A DNA stretch of 64,000 nucleotides from an uncultured Planctomycetia bacterium (GCA_964373715.1 CAYJVR010000006.1:39781-103780); one strand, 5' to 3'; shown: positions 10,088-20,792, numbered from the stretch's first letter. A program made the numbers and translations. Notes: generated by a model not told the origin, from the letters alone.

Positions 10088-10543
10088 TTATTGGTTCGAT
10101 TCCGTTTCCAGTACCTTGGCCAACGCGGCCGCGGTCTTCTTTCCGACAACACCGTCCGGACTCAAGCCATTCGCCTTCTGGAAAACCTTGACCGACTCCC
10201 TCGTCCGCGCGCCGATCTTCCCGTCCACCGGGCCGTTGTAGTAGCCGGCGGTTTTCAGCGCAGTTTGGATCTTCTTCGGAGAAAGGGTCTTTGCGGACGC
10301 CGCAGAGCTAGTCTCCGCGCGCGCCGACTGCCGGGACTGCTGCTGAATTTCAATCGTCTCCTGCTTCTGGGAAATCTCTTCCACTCTCTGGTTGAGAGAG
10401 CCGACCTGGGATTCCAAAGAGGCCACCTGGTTCTTCAGAAGGTCCGTCTCCTTCGCCTTCGTGCCGCGCATTGTAGCGGAACAACCGGACGAAAAGAACG
10501 CTGCAGCACCGACTATCATCATCACCGCGATTGCTTGTTTCAT
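10088..10543 (-). CDS. Lipoprotein with a coiled-coil region and a C-terminal peptidoglycan-binding domain (PG_binding_1-like)
   Basis: Signal peptide with a lipobox (FSSGC). The central region is Q/E-rich and heptad-like. The C-terminal region AGYYNGPVDGKIGARTRESVKVFQKANGLSPDGVVGKKT matches the PG-binding repeat. Confidence 0.6.
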   Translation of the reverse strand: MKQAIAVMMIVGAAAFFSSGCSATMRGTKAKETDLLKNQVASLESQVGSLNQRVEEISQKQETIEIQQQSRQSARAETSSAASAKTLSPKKIQTALKTAGYYNGPVDGKIGARTRESVKVFQKANGLSPDGVVGKKTAAALAKVLETESNQ

Positions 10544-10574
10544 CTCTTTTTGTCTCTCCTTCTGATCCGTATAG

Positions 10575-11303
10575 TTAGGCCTTCTTTGGCCCGGGTTTTA
10601 CATGCAAACCGCACTCCTTATGCTCCGGCATCTCCCACCACCAGCGTCCCGCCCGAACATCCTCCCCGGGCTTAACAGCGCGCGTGCAGGGAGCACACCC
10701 GATGGACGGGAAACCCTGGTCGTGAAGCTTATTGTACGGCACTTTGTTCCCTTTGACGTACTCCCATAATTGCGCGTGGGTCCAATCCGCTATGGGGTTG
10801 ATTTTCGCCATGTTGTTGTGCGCGGTGTCCGTCTCTATTTTCGGCAAGTCCGTTCGGGTCACCGCCTGCTCGCGCCGCAGGCCGGTGATCCACGCGTCCA
10901 ACTCGGAAAGGGCCCTCGACAACGGCTCCACCTTCCGGATGCCGCAGCACTCTTTCCGGTTTTCCACCGACTGCCGGAACGAGTAAAAACCTTTCTCCCG
11001 TTCCAGTTTCTCGACCGCCGCTTTGTCGGGGAAATAACTCGTGATCGTGACCCCGTATTTTCCCCGGATTTGGTCTATCAGTTGGTACGTCTCTTCGGGG
11101 AGACGGCCGGTATCCAGAGTAAAAACAACAACTTTTTTCTTCGAGTCAATTTTAGAAAGCAGGTCAATGACCGCCACATCCTCCACCCCGAAACTCGAGG
11201 CGAACCCGATCCGTGGAAAAGACTCCACCGCCCAGCGTAAAATCGCTTCGGCCTTTTCCTTCTCCAGTTTTTTTGCCGCTTCCGCAATCTGCGCTTCGGT
11301 CAT
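10575..11303 (-). CDS. cysH: Adenylylsulfate/phosphoadenylylsulfate reductase (thioredoxin-dependent, Fe-S type CysH)
   Basis: PAPS reductase fold with CCGIRKVEP and the C-terminal ECGLH catalytic cysteine. The extra CC..C..C cysteines suggest an APS-reductase type. Confidence 0.85.
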   Translation of the reverse strand: MTEAQIAEAAKKLEKEKAEAILRWAVESFPRIGFASSFGVEDVAVIDLLSKIDSKKKVVVFTLDTGRLPEETYQLIDQIRGKYGVTITSYFPDKAAVEKLEREKGFYSFRQSVENRKECCGIRKVEPLSRALSELDAWITGLRREQAVTRTDLPKIETDTAHNNMAKINPIADWTHAQLWEYVKGNKVPYNKLHDQGFPSIGCAPCTRAVKPGEDVRAGRWWWEMPEHKECGLHVKPGPKKA

Positions 11304-11434
11304 TATCTTGTCAGGCCCACATTTATTTAGAATTATATCTGAATATTGTATTAAATCTTGATCTTATAAGTCAAGAATTATTTAGATTATAAGACTGATA
11401 TTGTAATTCATTGTGAATAAATAGGTACTGAGTC

Positions 11435-12790
11435 TTATTCTCTTTTTTGAAGACGGGAGAGTCGTTCCTTAATCTGCTTCTCGAACCCCTGTTCTGTCGG
11501 TTCATAGAAACGGATTTTCCGATCCATGTAGGACTGCTGAACATAATGCTCAGGAAAATTGTGGGCATATTTATATCCCTCTCCGTGTCCCAGCTTCTCG
11601 GCCCCCGGGTAATGGCTGTCTTTCAAATGCGTGGGAACCTCCTGTGTGGTCCCTTTTTGGATCGCTTCTGTCGCTTTCTCAATCCCCATATAAGCGGCAT
11701 TCGATTTCGGGGCGCAGGCTACGTAAACAGTCGCTTGCGCCAGCGGGATTCTGCATTCCGGCATCCCGATGAATTCGACCGCCTGAGCGGCGGCCATTGA
11801 GACCACCAGAGCTTGGGGATCGGCATTGCCGACATCTTCGGCGGCGCAAATCACGAGGCGCCGCGCGACGAATCGCGGGTCTTCGCCGGCGTAGAGCATC
11901 TTCGCCAGCCAATAGAGGGCCGCGTCCGGGTCGGTGCCGCGCATGCTTTTGATGTATGCGGAGATGGTATCGTAGTGGGAATCTTCGTCCTTGTCGTAGA
12001 CCACCGCTTTTTTCTGGACCGATTCCTCGATCGCGGCCCGGTTGAGCCGGACAACCCCTTCTTCATCCGGCAGGGTGGTCAGCGCCGCCAGGTCGAGTCC
12101 GTTGAGCGCGCGCCGGGCATCTCCGTCGGAGACGGCGCTCAAAAAGTCGAGCGCCTCCGGGTCCGCCTGGATTTTCATCTGTCCCAAACCGCGTTCCTTG
12201 TCGGCAATGGCCCTTTCGAGGATCGTCCGGACATTTTCTTTCAACAACGGCTTGAACTCCGCCACCAGCGACCTAGACAGCAACGGTGCCACGACAGAAA
12301 AAAACGGGTTGTGCGTGGTCGCGCCAATCAGCAGGATCGTGCCGTCCTCTACTTCAGGCATCAGCACATCCTGCTGAGCTTTGTTGAAACGGTGGATTTC
12401 GTCCACAAAAAGGAGGGTCTTCTTTCTCTGGGTGGCACGGCGCAGCTTTGCCGCCTCGATCACCCTGCGCAAATCCTCTACGCCGGCGACTACCGCATTG
12501 AGCCGCTCGACATACGCTTGAGTTTTCGCCGCGACGAGATAGCCGAAGCAGGTCTTCCCGCAGCCGGGCGGACCGTAAAGGATGAGGCTTGTCAGCCTGT
12601 CGGCCTCGATCGCGCGCGTGAGCAGTTTCCCGGAACCGACCAGGCTTCCCTGCCCGACAAACTCGGCAAGGTCTTTGGGGCGCATCCGGGCCGCCAATGG
12701 GGATTGGGCGGGATCTTCCGGGTTTTCGGAACGGAAAAAATCAAACGAAGAGGTGCTAATCCGTTTTGAGGGTTTACGCGCCTGCGCCAT
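11435..12790 (-). CDS. rarA: Replication-associated recombination protein A (AAA+ ATPase, MgsA/WRNIP family)
   Basis: Walker A (GPPGCGKT), Walker B (LFVDEIHRFNK) and the MgsA C-terminal helical domain. Confidence 0.85.
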   Translation of the reverse strand: MAQARKPSKRISTSSFDFFRSENPEDPAQSPLAARMRPKDLAEFVGQGSLVGSGKLLTRAIEADRLTSLILYGPPGCGKTCFGYLVAAKTQAYVERLNAVVAGVEDLRRVIEAAKLRRATQRKKTLLFVDEIHRFNKAQQDVLMPEVEDGTILLIGATTHNPFFSVVAPLLSRSLVAEFKPLLKENVRTILERAIADKERGLGQMKIQADPEALDFLSAVSDGDARRALNGLDLAALTTLPDEEGVVRLNRAAIEESVQKKAVVYDKDEDSHYDTISAYIKSMRGTDPDAALYWLAKMLYAGEDPRFVARRLVICAAEDVGNADPQALVVSMAAAQAVEFIGMPECRIPLAQATVYVACAPKSNAAYMGIEKATEAIQKGTTQEVPTHLKDSHYPGAEKLGHGEGYKYAHNFPEHYVQQSYMDRKIRFYEPTEQGFEKQIKERLSRLQKRE

Positions 12791-13090
12791 GTTTAAGATG
12801 TTCGCCTGTTGGCCGGTTAGCGAGTTGAGTGACCGAAAAAAATCCCCGCGGGTGCCGTGTGCCGAGCTAATTCATGAACCGGTCTTCCGACACGGTGGGA
12901 ACTCTCTCGACGGCCTCTCGCTTCCCGCCGTTCCATTCCGGACCCGACAGGCCTGCCGTCCACCGCCGAAGCACAGCTCCCTCTAGATTCGAATGTTGGT
13001 TCAGAATCTATTCGACAATCACGAACACTGCAGGGACAGCTTCTTTATACATCCGGCAAAACAGTAAATCAAGAAATATTCCGCAGCAGG

Positions 13091-15733
13091 TTAACGCGCG
13101 GATGAAGAGACGGAGTGCGACCCTTTCTTCTGCGGCGTGAAGGTCAGCTTGCCGTCGGCGGCGTCGACGACGACAGCCTGGCCGTCGGACAGCTCGCCTG
13201 TCAGCAGTTTCCTGCCAAGCGCCGTCTCCACCTCTTTCTGGATCAGCCGCTTCAGCGGCCGGGCCCCGTAGAGCGGGTCGTAGCCGGCTTCGGCCAGATG
13301 CCTTTTCGCCTTTTCGGTCAGAGAGAGAACGATCTTCCTGTCAGCCAACCGGGCCTGGAGCCTCTGAACCAGGAGGTCCACGACCTTGACCAGGTTCTCC
13401 TCGGAGAGGGCGTGGAAGACGATCATCTCGTCCACCCTATTCAGGAACTCCGGCCGGAAATGTTTCCGGACTTCCTCAAGCACCGCCTCTTTCATCCGTT
13501 CGTAGGTCGACCCGCCGAACGCTCCGCGGTACTCCAGGATCCGTTGGCTACCGAGGTTAGAGGTCATCAGGATCAGCGTGTTCTTGAAGTCGACCGTCCT
13601 GCCCTGCCCGTCGGTGAGCCGGCCGTCGTCGAGGATCTGCAGCAGCACGTTGAAGACGTCCGGGTGGGCCTTCTCGATCTCGTCAAACAGGATCACGCAG
13701 TACGGCCGGCGGCGGACCGCCTCGGTCAGCTGACCCCCCTCTTCAAACCCGACATAGCCGGGCGGCGCGCCGATCAACCGGGCAACCGTGTGCTTTTCCT
13801 GATACTCCGACATGTCCACCCGGACCAGCGCCCGCTCGTCGTCGAACAGGAACTCCGCCAGCGCCTTCGCCAGCTCCGTCTTGCCGACGCCTGTGGGCCC
13901 CAAAAAGATGCCGGAGCCGATTGGGCGGAACGGGTCCTTCAAGCCCGAGCGGGCCCGCAGGATTGCCTCGGAAACGGCGGTTACCGCCTCCTCCTGGCCG
14001 ATCACCCGTTTGTGGAGCTCCTCCTCAAGGTTCAGCAGTTTCGCCCCTTCCCCCTCGAGCAGTTTCGCCACAGGGATACCGGTCCAGCGGTTCACGACCC
14101 GCGCGATGTCCTCCTCTTCGACCTCCTCCTTTAGAAGCCGGGACCCCTCCTTATTATTAGCGGGGACCCGCTTTTCCTCTTCGGCCAGCTTCTTCTGCAG
14201 TTCGTGGAGTTTCCCGTATTTCAGCTCGGCCGCCTTTTCCAGGTCATAGGCCCGCTCCGCCTGCTCGATCGCAAGCCTCGTCTTCTCGATCTGCTCCCGG
14301 ATCGCGCGCACCTTCTCGACCCCGCCCTTCTCGGCCTCCCATCGGGCCTTCAGCGCGTCGGCCTGCGTCTTCAGGGTCCGCAGTTCCTTCTCCAGACTCT
14401 CGAGCCGGTCTTTCGATGCCTCATCCTTCTCTTTCTTCAGCGCCTGCCGTTCGATCTCCAGCTGCATGACCCGGCGCAGGATCTCATCCAGCGCCGTCGG
14501 CATCGAATCAATCTCGGTCTTCAGCGCGGCCGCCGCCTCGTCCATCAGGTCAATCGCCTTGTCCGGCAGGAACCGGTCCGAGATGTACCGATTCGAGAGA
14601 GTCGCCGCCGCCACCAGCGCAGCGTCTTTGATCCGGACCCCATGGTGCAATTCATATTTTTCCTTGAGACCGCGCAGGATAGAGACCGTGTCCTCGATGC
14701 TGGGCTGGTCCACCAACACTGGCTGGAACCTTCGTTCGAGAGCCGAATCTTTTTCGATGTGTTTCCTGTACTCATCAAGCGTCGTTGCGCCGATGCAGTG
14801 GAGTTCCCCGCGCGCGAGCATCGGCTTTAACAGGTTGCCGGCGTCCATCGCCCCATCGGCCTTCCCCGCGCCGACGATTGTGTGCAGCTCGTCAATAAAG
14901 AGGATGATCTGCCCCTCGGCCGACTGCACTTCTTTCAAAACCGCTTTCAGCCGCTCCTCGAACTCCCCGCGAAATTTCGCACCGGCAATCAGCGCCCCCA
15001 TGTCGAGCGTCACGACCCGCTTGTTTTTCAACCCTTCCGGCACATCGCCGCGGACGATCCGCTGGGCGAGCCCTTCGGCGATGGCAGTTTTCCCGACGCC
15101 GGGGTCGCCGATCAGAACCGGGTTGTTCTTGGTGCGCCGCGATAAAACCTGAATGACCCGGCGGATCTCCATGTCTCGGCCGATCACCGGATCCAATTTG
15201 CCGTCGGCGGCCATCCGGGTCAGATCCCGCCCATATTTTTCGAGCGCCTGATAAGTCCCCTCCGGATTCTGTGACGTCACCTTCTGGTTGCCTCTTACCT
15301 TTTTGACCGCCGCGCCGAGCGCGTCGCGGGTCACGCCAGATGCTTTCAAAAACTGGCCGCTGGCGCCACTGTCTCCGACGATCGCCAGAAGGATGTGCTC
15401 GACGGAAACGTACTCGTCCTTCATCTTCTTGGCTTCCTCTTCAGCCTGCGCGAGGAGGCGCCCGAGCCGGGCCGTCGCGACCAACTCGGTCGCCTCCGCG
15501 CCGGGGCCGGACACTTTTGGAAACCGGTTTAATTGCCGTTCAAGATCCGATAGAACAGATGCCGGGTTCGTGCCGGCCGCCTGCAAGAGCGCCGGGGCGA
15601 TCCCCTGCTCGTCTTCCAGCAGGGCGGCAAATAGGTGCTCGACGTCGACCTGTTGGTGATGGGCAGAAAGAGTCCTCTGTTGCGCTGAAGAAAGAGCCTC
15701 TTGCGCTTTTTCAGTAAACCGGTCAATCTTCAT
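13091..15733 (-). CDS. clpB: ATP-dependent chaperone ClpB. The start is probably at MKIDRF, preceded by an AAGGAG Shine-Dalgarno.
   Basis: Two AAA+ modules (GDPGVGKT and GPTGVGKT), Clp N domains and a long coiled-coil middle domain, about 880 aa. Confidence 0.95.
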   Translation of the reverse strand: MKIDRFTEKAQEALSSAQQRTLSAHHQQVDVEHLFAALLEDEQGIAPALLQAAGTNPASVLSDLERQLNRFPKVSGPGAEATELVATARLGRLLAQAEEEAKKMKDEYVSVEHILLAIVGDSGASGQFLKASGVTRDALGAAVKKVRGNQKVTSQNPEGTYQALEKYGRDLTRMAADGKLDPVIGRDMEIRRVIQVLSRRTKNNPVLIGDPGVGKTAIAEGLAQRIVRGDVPEGLKNKRVVTLDMGALIAGAKFRGEFEERLKAVLKEVQSAEGQIILFIDELHTIVGAGKADGAMDAGNLLKPMLARGELHCIGATTLDEYRKHIEKDSALERRFQPVLVDQPSIEDTVSILRGLKEKYELHHGVRIKDAALVAAATLSNRYISDRFLPDKAIDLMDEAAAALKTEIDSMPTALDEILRRVMQLEIERQALKKEKDEASKDRLESLEKELRTLKTQADALKARWEAEKGGVEKVRAIREQIEKTRLAIEQAERAYDLEKAAELKYGKLHELQKKLAEEEKRVPANNKEGSRLLKEEVEEEDIARVVNRWTGIPVAKLLEGEGAKLLNLEEELHKRVIGQEEAVTAVSEAILRARSGLKDPFRPIGSGIFLGPTGVGKTELAKALAEFLFDDERALVRVDMSEYQEKHTVARLIGAPPGYVGFEEGGQLTEAVRRRPYCVILFDEIEKAHPDVFNVLLQILDDGRLTDGQGRTVDFKNTLILMTSNLGSQRILEYRGAFGGSTYERMKEAVLEEVRKHFRPEFLNRVDEMIVFHALSEENLVKVVDLLVQRLQARLADRKIVLSLTEKAKRHLAEAGYDPLYGARPLKRLIQKEVETALGRKLLTGELSDGQAVVVDAADGKLTFTPQKKGSHSVSSSAR

Positions 15734-15785
15734 ACGAATTCTCCTTTTATCACTCTTATTGCTAGAGTGCCAATCAAACATCTAA

Positions 15786-15812
15786 TTAGCACTCATATAT
15801 ATAGAGTGCTAA
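15786..15812. promoter_or_regulatory. CIRCE operator (HrcA binding site): TTAGCACTC-N9-GAGTGCTAA, perfect inverted repeat
   Basis: Read directly in the sequence: ttagcactc atatatata gagtgctaa. It lies about 50 nt upstream of the clpB start, immediately downstream of the candidate sigma70 promoter listed next. Confidence 0.8.
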
Positions 15813-15822
15813 TTCACTATTA

Positions 15823-15850
15823 AATATACTACAATTCACTGAAATGTCAA
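15823..15850 (-). promoter_or_regulatory. Candidate sigma70-type promoter for clpB (TTGACA-N16-TATATT on the minus strand)
   Basis: Hexamers read on the reverse strand. The CIRCE element sits right after the -10, a classic arrangement. Confidence 0.45.
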
Positions 15851-15860
15851 GTCTTATAGC

Positions 15861-17351
15861 TTATCTTTTCCGGTAGGCTCGGGCAACACCGCTCCTGCGA
15901 GCCGCTTCAGCAACTGCCTCAGCAACGGAGTCAACAACCCGCTTATCAAAGATGCTGGGGACAATATACTCCTCGCTGAGCTGGTCCCGTCTGATCAAAT
16001 GGGCGATCGCGTGGGCGGCGGCCAGTTTCATAGGCTCATTGATCGCACTGGCCCGGACCGCCAGTGCCCCCTTAAAAACACCGGGGAAGGCGAGCGCGTT
16101 GTTGATCTGGTTTGGAAGGTCGGACCGGCCGGTGGCGAAGATCCTGCATGCTTTCATCGCTTTTCCTGGATCAATTTCCGGGTCCGGGTTGGCCATCGCG
16201 AAGACGATCCGGTTTTTCTTCATGATCCGAAGATCTTTTGGTTCAAGAATATTGCCTCGCGAAACGCCGATAAAGACGTCCGCCTCCGCAAGAGCCTTCT
16301 TGAGCGAAAAGCCGGACCCTCCGGAACGGATGTGGGCCCGCAGGTTTTTCTTCACAAGCGACAGGGAAGAAGCCTTCGTGTCGAAGACCACCCCGTCTTT
16401 ATCGCAGCCGGCTAAATGTTTTACCCCGGCCTCCAGCAGAATCTGGCAGGAAGCCATCCCTGCAGCGCCCAGGCCGTTGACAACGACCCGTATCTTCCCG
16501 ATCTCTTTTCCGACGATCCTCAGCGCGTTCTTCAGCGCGGCCAGCACGACGATCGCGGTCCCGTGCTGGTCATCGTGCATCACCGGGATGTCCAACTCCT
16601 CCTTCAGCCGCCGCTCTATCTCGAAACAGCGGGGGGCGCTGATATCCTCCAGGTTGATGCCGCCGAAAACCGGCGCAATGTTCCGCACCGTCTCGACGAT
16701 CTCGTCCGTATCCTGGGTTGCCAGGCAAATCGGCCAGGCATCAATGCCGGCGAATTCTTTGAAGATCGCCGCTTTACCCTCCATCACCGGCAGGGCAGCC
16801 AAGGCCCCAAGATTCCCAAGGCCTAAAACGGCGGAACCATCGCTGACGACGGCCACGCTGTTGCGTTTCACCGTTAAGATGTGGACTTTCGAGGGGTCCT
16901 CGGCAATCGCCTTAGCGACCCGGGCGACGCCGGGGGTGTAGATGGTGGCAAGGCGGTTCCGTGTCGTAATCGGGTACTTGCTGCGGACGTAAAGCTTGCC
17001 GCCCAGGTGGGCGAGAAAAACATTGTCGGAAACGGAGATCACGCGAACCGCTTTCAAGCGTTTCAGCGCGGCAATGAGCTTCTCTCCGTGCTGCTCGTTC
17101 GCCACATCGAAGGTCACGTCGCGGACCATCTTAGCCTTCGTGACCTCGACGATATCCACGGCGCCGAGATTTGCTTGCTGCCGAGCGACCATCGTCACGA
17201 CAGAAGCAAATACACCGGGCTTGTTCTTCAATTCCAGCCGGGCGGTGATCCGATAGTTGGAATAAGGCCCGAGATCAGGCACGGAGCACCGCGTCGAAAT
17301 TTGCTTTGAGGTTCTGCACGATCTTCTGGTACGCGGCGGCCACCTCTTCAT
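15861..17351 (-). CDS. NAD(P)-dependent malic enzyme with an N-terminal ACT domain. The start is uncertain (the track start overlaps the pheT 3' end by 77 nt), so the real start is probably internal or non-ATG.
   Basis: Malic enzyme motifs GLGNLGALAALPVMEGKAAIFKEF and VNGLGAAGMA, plus the divalent-metal site. Confidence 0.85.
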   Translation of the reverse strand: MKRWPPRTRRSCRTSKQISTRCSVPDLGPYSNYRITARLELKNKPGVFASVVTMVARQQANLGAVDIVEVTKAKMVRDVTFDVANEQHGEKLIAALKRLKAVRVISVSDNVFLAHLGGKLYVRSKYPITTRNRLATIYTPGVARVAKAIAEDPSKVHILTVKRNSVAVVSDGSAVLGLGNLGALAALPVMEGKAAIFKEFAGIDAWPICLATQDTDEIVETVRNIAPVFGGINLEDISAPRCFEIERRLKEELDIPVMHDDQHGTAIVVLAALKNALRIVGKEIGKIRVVVNGLGAAGMASCQILLEAGVKHLAGCDKDGVVFDTKASSLSLVKKNLRAHIRSGGSGFSLKKALAEADVFIGVSRGNILEPKDLRIMKKNRIVFAMANPDPEIDPGKAMKACRIFATGRSDLPNQINNALAFPGVFKGALAVRASAINEPMKLAAAHAIAHLIRRDQLSEEYIVPSIFDKRVVDSVAEAVAEAARRSGVARAYRKR

Positions 17352-19356
17352 CGGTCAGAGTCCTATCTCCATCGGAGAAGGCCAGCCGAAACGCGAGGCT
17401 CATTTTCCCTGAGGGAACCTGTTTCCCCTTGTATCGATCGAAGAGGGCGAAGGCATGCAGCAGCGGCTTGCCGGACCGCTCGATAGCGGAGTGAATCTCC
17501 TTGTAAGAAGAATTTTCAGAGACCACGACCGCCAAATCTCGGCTCACGGCTGGGACTTTCGGGAGCGGCGTGACTTTCAGCGAAACCGGCGGGGCTTCGA
17601 GAATCGGTTCTATCTCCAATTCCGCGTAAGCCACCGGAACGCCGACCGGCACATCGAAGGCGGCAAGTATTTTCGGGTCCACGAGGGCGGCGGCGCCAAG
17701 CTGTCTGCCGTTCAGCGTGTAGATATTTGCCTGCTTCCCGAAATAAACGGCATCCGCCAAGTCAATCGATGGCGCCAGTTGGAGCCGATCGAAAAGGAAG
17801 CTGAGTATCCCTTTCAGATCGAAAATCCCCAGGGATTTAGCCGGCACTCCCCACGCCGGGGCAGTGGTCCCCGCCACAAGCAGGCTCAGCAAATACGGGT
17901 CCTTCGGCAACGGGGGAGAGGTCCTTGTGTCGGCCCTGAAAACCCGGCCGATCTCAAAAAACTTGAGTGATTCCGCCGACTTGTGTTTGATGTTCCAGCT
18001 GACGGTCTTGAGTGCGCCAATAAGCAGCGTGTTGCGCAGGACAGCTTGGTCCATGCTCAGCGGTTCGGCCAGCTGGAGAAACCCGCCGCTTAAACTGTTG
18101 GCTTTCGCGTGGTCCTCCGAGTGAACCAGGCTGTAGGTCATTATTTCTTGCGCGCCGGCCTCCGCCAAAAGCCGGTGCAACAGCGCTCGCCTGGCAATCG
18201 ATAGATCTTCGGGTTGTTTCCACTTCGAGGTGATGTTTTGCCTCAACGCCGGGGGCAGGGTAGCCAAACAGCGGTCGTATCCAAACAAGCGTGCCAGCTC
18301 CTCGTAAAGATCCTCGGAAATCCTCAGGTCGCTGCGCCAAGAAGGGGGTTCCACTTTCCATCTGCGAGAGGTCCCTTTGACCTGGCATCCCAGCCTTTGG
18401 AGGAGTTTTTTCTGCTGGGCCGGATAGATCCTCATCCCCAAAACCTCCTGCGCGTAGCGCGGGCGGAGCATGATCTTTCTCGCGTGGAGACGCAAATTCC
18501 CGACGTCTGTGATTCCGCGGTGGATCTTGCCCCCGGCGTACAGGCAAATCATCCGGGCGGCACGGATCGCCGCAGTTTGCACCATGACAAGATCCACGCC
18601 CCGCTCGAACCGGTAGGAGGAATCGGAGGTGAGCCTCGCGGCCTTGACCGCTTTACGGATCCGTTTTGGGTCAAACCAGGCCGACTCCAGGAAAATCTTC
18701 TTGGTGGAGGAGGTAATCTCCGATTCTTTGCCTCCCATGATGCCAGCCAGTGCAACCGGTTTTTGGGCGTCGGCGATAACAAGCGATTCCGGGGTTAATT
18801 CGCGCAAAACACCGTCAAGGGTTGTGACCGTTTCTTTCGCACGGGCACGTCGGACGCGTATCGTTTGGCCGTCAACCTTGTCCAGGTCGAACGCATGCAA
18901 CGGCTGGCCGAGTTCTATCATGCAGAGGTTCGTGATATCTACAACGTTGTTCACGGATCGTACGCCTAGAGAGGCCAGCCTGCCAACGATGTCCGGCGGG
19001 CTTTCTCCGACACGCGCATTTTCTATGATGATCCCCACGTAGCGGCGGCATCCTTCGCCGTCCTCAATCGTAACGGGCAGAGGATCTCCGTGGCTGATAA
19101 AAGGCCGCGTCTGCTTCTTGAGCCACCGCGGAGGCCTGAACTCGCGGCCGAGTGCAGCGGCGAGTTCGCGGGCCAGCCCGAGATGGCTTAAGAGATCCGG
19201 CCTGTTCGGAGTAATCTCGGACTCCAAAATCCAATTTCCCTCGACCTGCTCGAGAGAGGTAATCTCGCAACCGGTCAGGGTAAGCCTTTCGGCCAAAGCT
19301 TGCGGGGGCAGGGATATCTCGATGAATTCTTTCAGCCAAGAAAGGGAATATTTCAT
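17275..19356 (-). CDS. pheT: Phenylalanine--tRNA ligase beta subunit
   Basis: The start is at MKYSLSWLKEF (the track ORF extends further upstream in-frame). B3/B4, tRNA-binding and FDX-ACB domains are recognisable. Confidence 0.9.
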   Translation of the reverse strand: MKYSLSWLKEFIEISLPPQALAERLTLTGCEITSLEQVEGNWILESEITPNRPDLLSHLGLARELAAALGREFRPPRWLKKQTRPFISHGDPLPVTIEDGEGCRRYVGIIIENARVGESPPDIVGRLASLGVRSVNNVVDITNLCMIELGQPLHAFDLDKVDGQTIRVRRARAKETVTTLDGVLRELTPESLVIADAQKPVALAGIMGGKESEITSSTKKIFLESAWFDPKRIRKAVKAARLTSDSSYRFERGVDLVMVQTAAIRAARMICLYAGGKIHRGITDVGNLRLHARKIMLRPRYAQEVLGMRIYPAQQKKLLQRLGCQVKGTSRRWKVEPPSWRSDLRISEDLYEELARLFGYDRCLATLPPALRQNITSKWKQPEDLSIARRALLHRLLAEAGAQEIMTYSLVHSEDHAKANSLSGGFLQLAEPLSMDQAVLRNTLLIGALKTVSWNIKHKSAESLKFFEIGRVFRADTRTSPPLPKDPYLLSLLVAGTTAPAWGVPAKSLGIFDLKGILSFLFDRLQLAPSIDLADAVYFGKQANIYTLNGRQLGAAALVDPKILAAFDVPVGVPVAYAELEIEPILEAPPVSLKVTPLPKVPAVSRDLAVVVSENSSYKEIHSAIERSGKPLLHAFALFDRYKGKQVPSGKMSLAFRLAFSDGDRTLTDEEVAAAYQKIVQNLKANFDAVLRA

Positions 19357-19357
19357 T

Positions 19358-20431
19358 TCATGGGAACTGTTTAAGAAAACGCATGTCGTTTTCGAAGAAG
19401 AACCGGATATCCTCGATGCCGTACTTGAGCATCGCAATCCGTTCAACCCCAACGCCGAATGCGAAACCGGTCGTGGCAGTGGGGTATCCCACCGTCTTAA
19501 AAACGTTTGGGTGAACCATGCCGCATCCGAGTATCTCCAGCCACCCTTTATGGCCGCATACCCGGCAACCTTTCGAATCGCAGAAGATACACGCCAAATC
19601 TGCCTCGGCGCTCGGTTCGGTGAACGGAAAATAGTGCGGCCGGAACCGCAGGCGGGCCGCCTCACCGAACATGCCGCGCGCCCAGACCGACAGAACCCCT
19701 TTCAGATCGCCGAAAGTGACCCCAGGGCCGACCGCCAATCCCTCCACCTGATGGAATTGAAAACAATGGGACGGGTCCACCGCGTCCCGGCGAAAAACCC
19801 TTCCGGGAACGGCGATCCGGAACGGCGGTTTGTGCCCCTTCATGAAGCGGATTTGTACCGGGCTCGTGTGGGTTCTTAAAAGCAAGGGTGTACCATCCTC
19901 GCTTTTCAGCTGGGGATCTTTCGCTACATAGAAAGTGTCAAACCCGTCGCGGGAGGGATGTCCAGGCGGGATATTAAGCGCGTCGAAATTGTTGTGCTCG
20001 GTTTCAAGTTCAGGACCATCTACCGGAGAGAACCCGAGCGTCCGGAAAATATCCAGGATTTGGGTAATCGTCTGGGTAATCGGATGAATCCGCCCGGTCT
20101 CGGTGAGATATCCGGGCAGGGTGGAGTCCAAGGCATCCGACGAGAGGGCGGGGGATCCGCTCGCCGCTTTGCGCCTCTCTTCGAGCTTCTCCTCGATCCG
20201 GCACCTGGCGTTGTTGAGCGCCTGCCCGAATCGGGCTTTATCCTGCGGGCCGAGCTCGGTCCCTTTCAGAAGATTGAACTGGAGGGCCAAGCTCCCTTTA
20301 CGGCCGAGAGCTTTGACTCGGACCTCCTCGACAGCAGCCAGCGTATTCGCCCGCTCGGCAATTTCAAAAACCTGCCGAACGAGTTCTCCAAGCTCCCGCT
20401 CGCGCGCTTCGATATTCACCGGCGAAGCCAT
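19358..20431 (-). CDS. pheS: Phenylalanine--tRNA ligase alpha subunit
   Basis: Class II aaRS motifs (FRPHYFPFTEPS and GFAFGVGVERIAM). Confidence 0.9.
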   Translation of the reverse strand: MASPVNIEARERELGELVRQVFEIAERANTLAAVEEVRVKALGRKGSLALQFNLLKGTELGPQDKARFGQALNNARCRIEEKLEERRKAASGSPALSSDALDSTLPGYLTETGRIHPITQTITQILDIFRTLGFSPVDGPELETEHNNFDALNIPPGHPSRDGFDTFYVAKDPQLKSEDGTPLLLRTHTSPVQIRFMKGHKPPFRIAVPGRVFRRDAVDPSHCFQFHQVEGLAVGPGVTFGDLKGVLSVWARGMFGEAARLRFRPHYFPFTEPSAEADLACIFCDSKGCRVCGHKGWLEILGCGMVHPNVFKTVGYPTATTGFAFGVGVERIAMLKYGIEDIRFFFENDMRFLKQFP

Positions 20432-20438
20432 CCTATTT

Positions 20439-20792
20439 TTAGGCAGCTTTCTTCGCTACCTGCACCAATTCCTTGAACGCCTGGTTATCGGTGGCGGCCA
20501 TATCCGCCATGAGTTTTCTGTCAATCTGAACGTTGGCCGTTTTCAACCCGGCAATGAACCGGCTGTACTTAATTCCCTCGGCGCTGCAGGCGGCGTTAAT
20601 CCGGATGATCCAGAGTCCGCGGATGTCCCGTTTGCGGTTTTTCCGGTCCCTCGTGGCAAAAACCATCGCCCGGTTAACGGTTTCTTTAGCGCGTCGGTAA
20701 ATCTTGGAACGCTTCCCCCAAGCACCTTTGGCCTTTTTGATCATCCTCTTGTGCCGGCGCTTGCTGGATACGGAATGCTTCACTCGTGACAT
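20439..20792 (-). CDS. rplT: 50S ribosomal protein L20
   Basis: Full-length identity pattern to bL20 (KRRHKRMIKKAKG...FELVQVAKK). Confidence 0.95.
   Translation of the reverse strand: MSRVKHSVSSKRRHKRMIKKAKGAWGKRSKIYRRAKETVNRAMVFATRDRKNRKRDIRGLWIIRINAACSAEGIKYSRFIAGLKTANVQIDRKLMADMAATDNQAFKELVQVAKKAA

Noticed and set aside
12791-13090. A 300 bp non-coding gap between the clpB stop and the rarA start, examined for a small RNA (SRP RNA, 6S, tmRNA or RNase P RNA).
   Set aside because: It is too short for tmRNA or RNase P RNA. I could not find the SRP domain-IV consensus or other conserved RNA signatures, so it probably holds only the clpB terminator and rarA promoter. A covariance-model scan would be needed to be certain.
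17275-17351. A 77 nt overlap between the malic enzyme start and the pheT 3' end.
   Set aside because: It is most likely an artefact of the ORF track extending to the most upstream start. The ACT domain begins about 25 codons downstream, so the real start is probably internal. It is not treated as a genuine long overlap.
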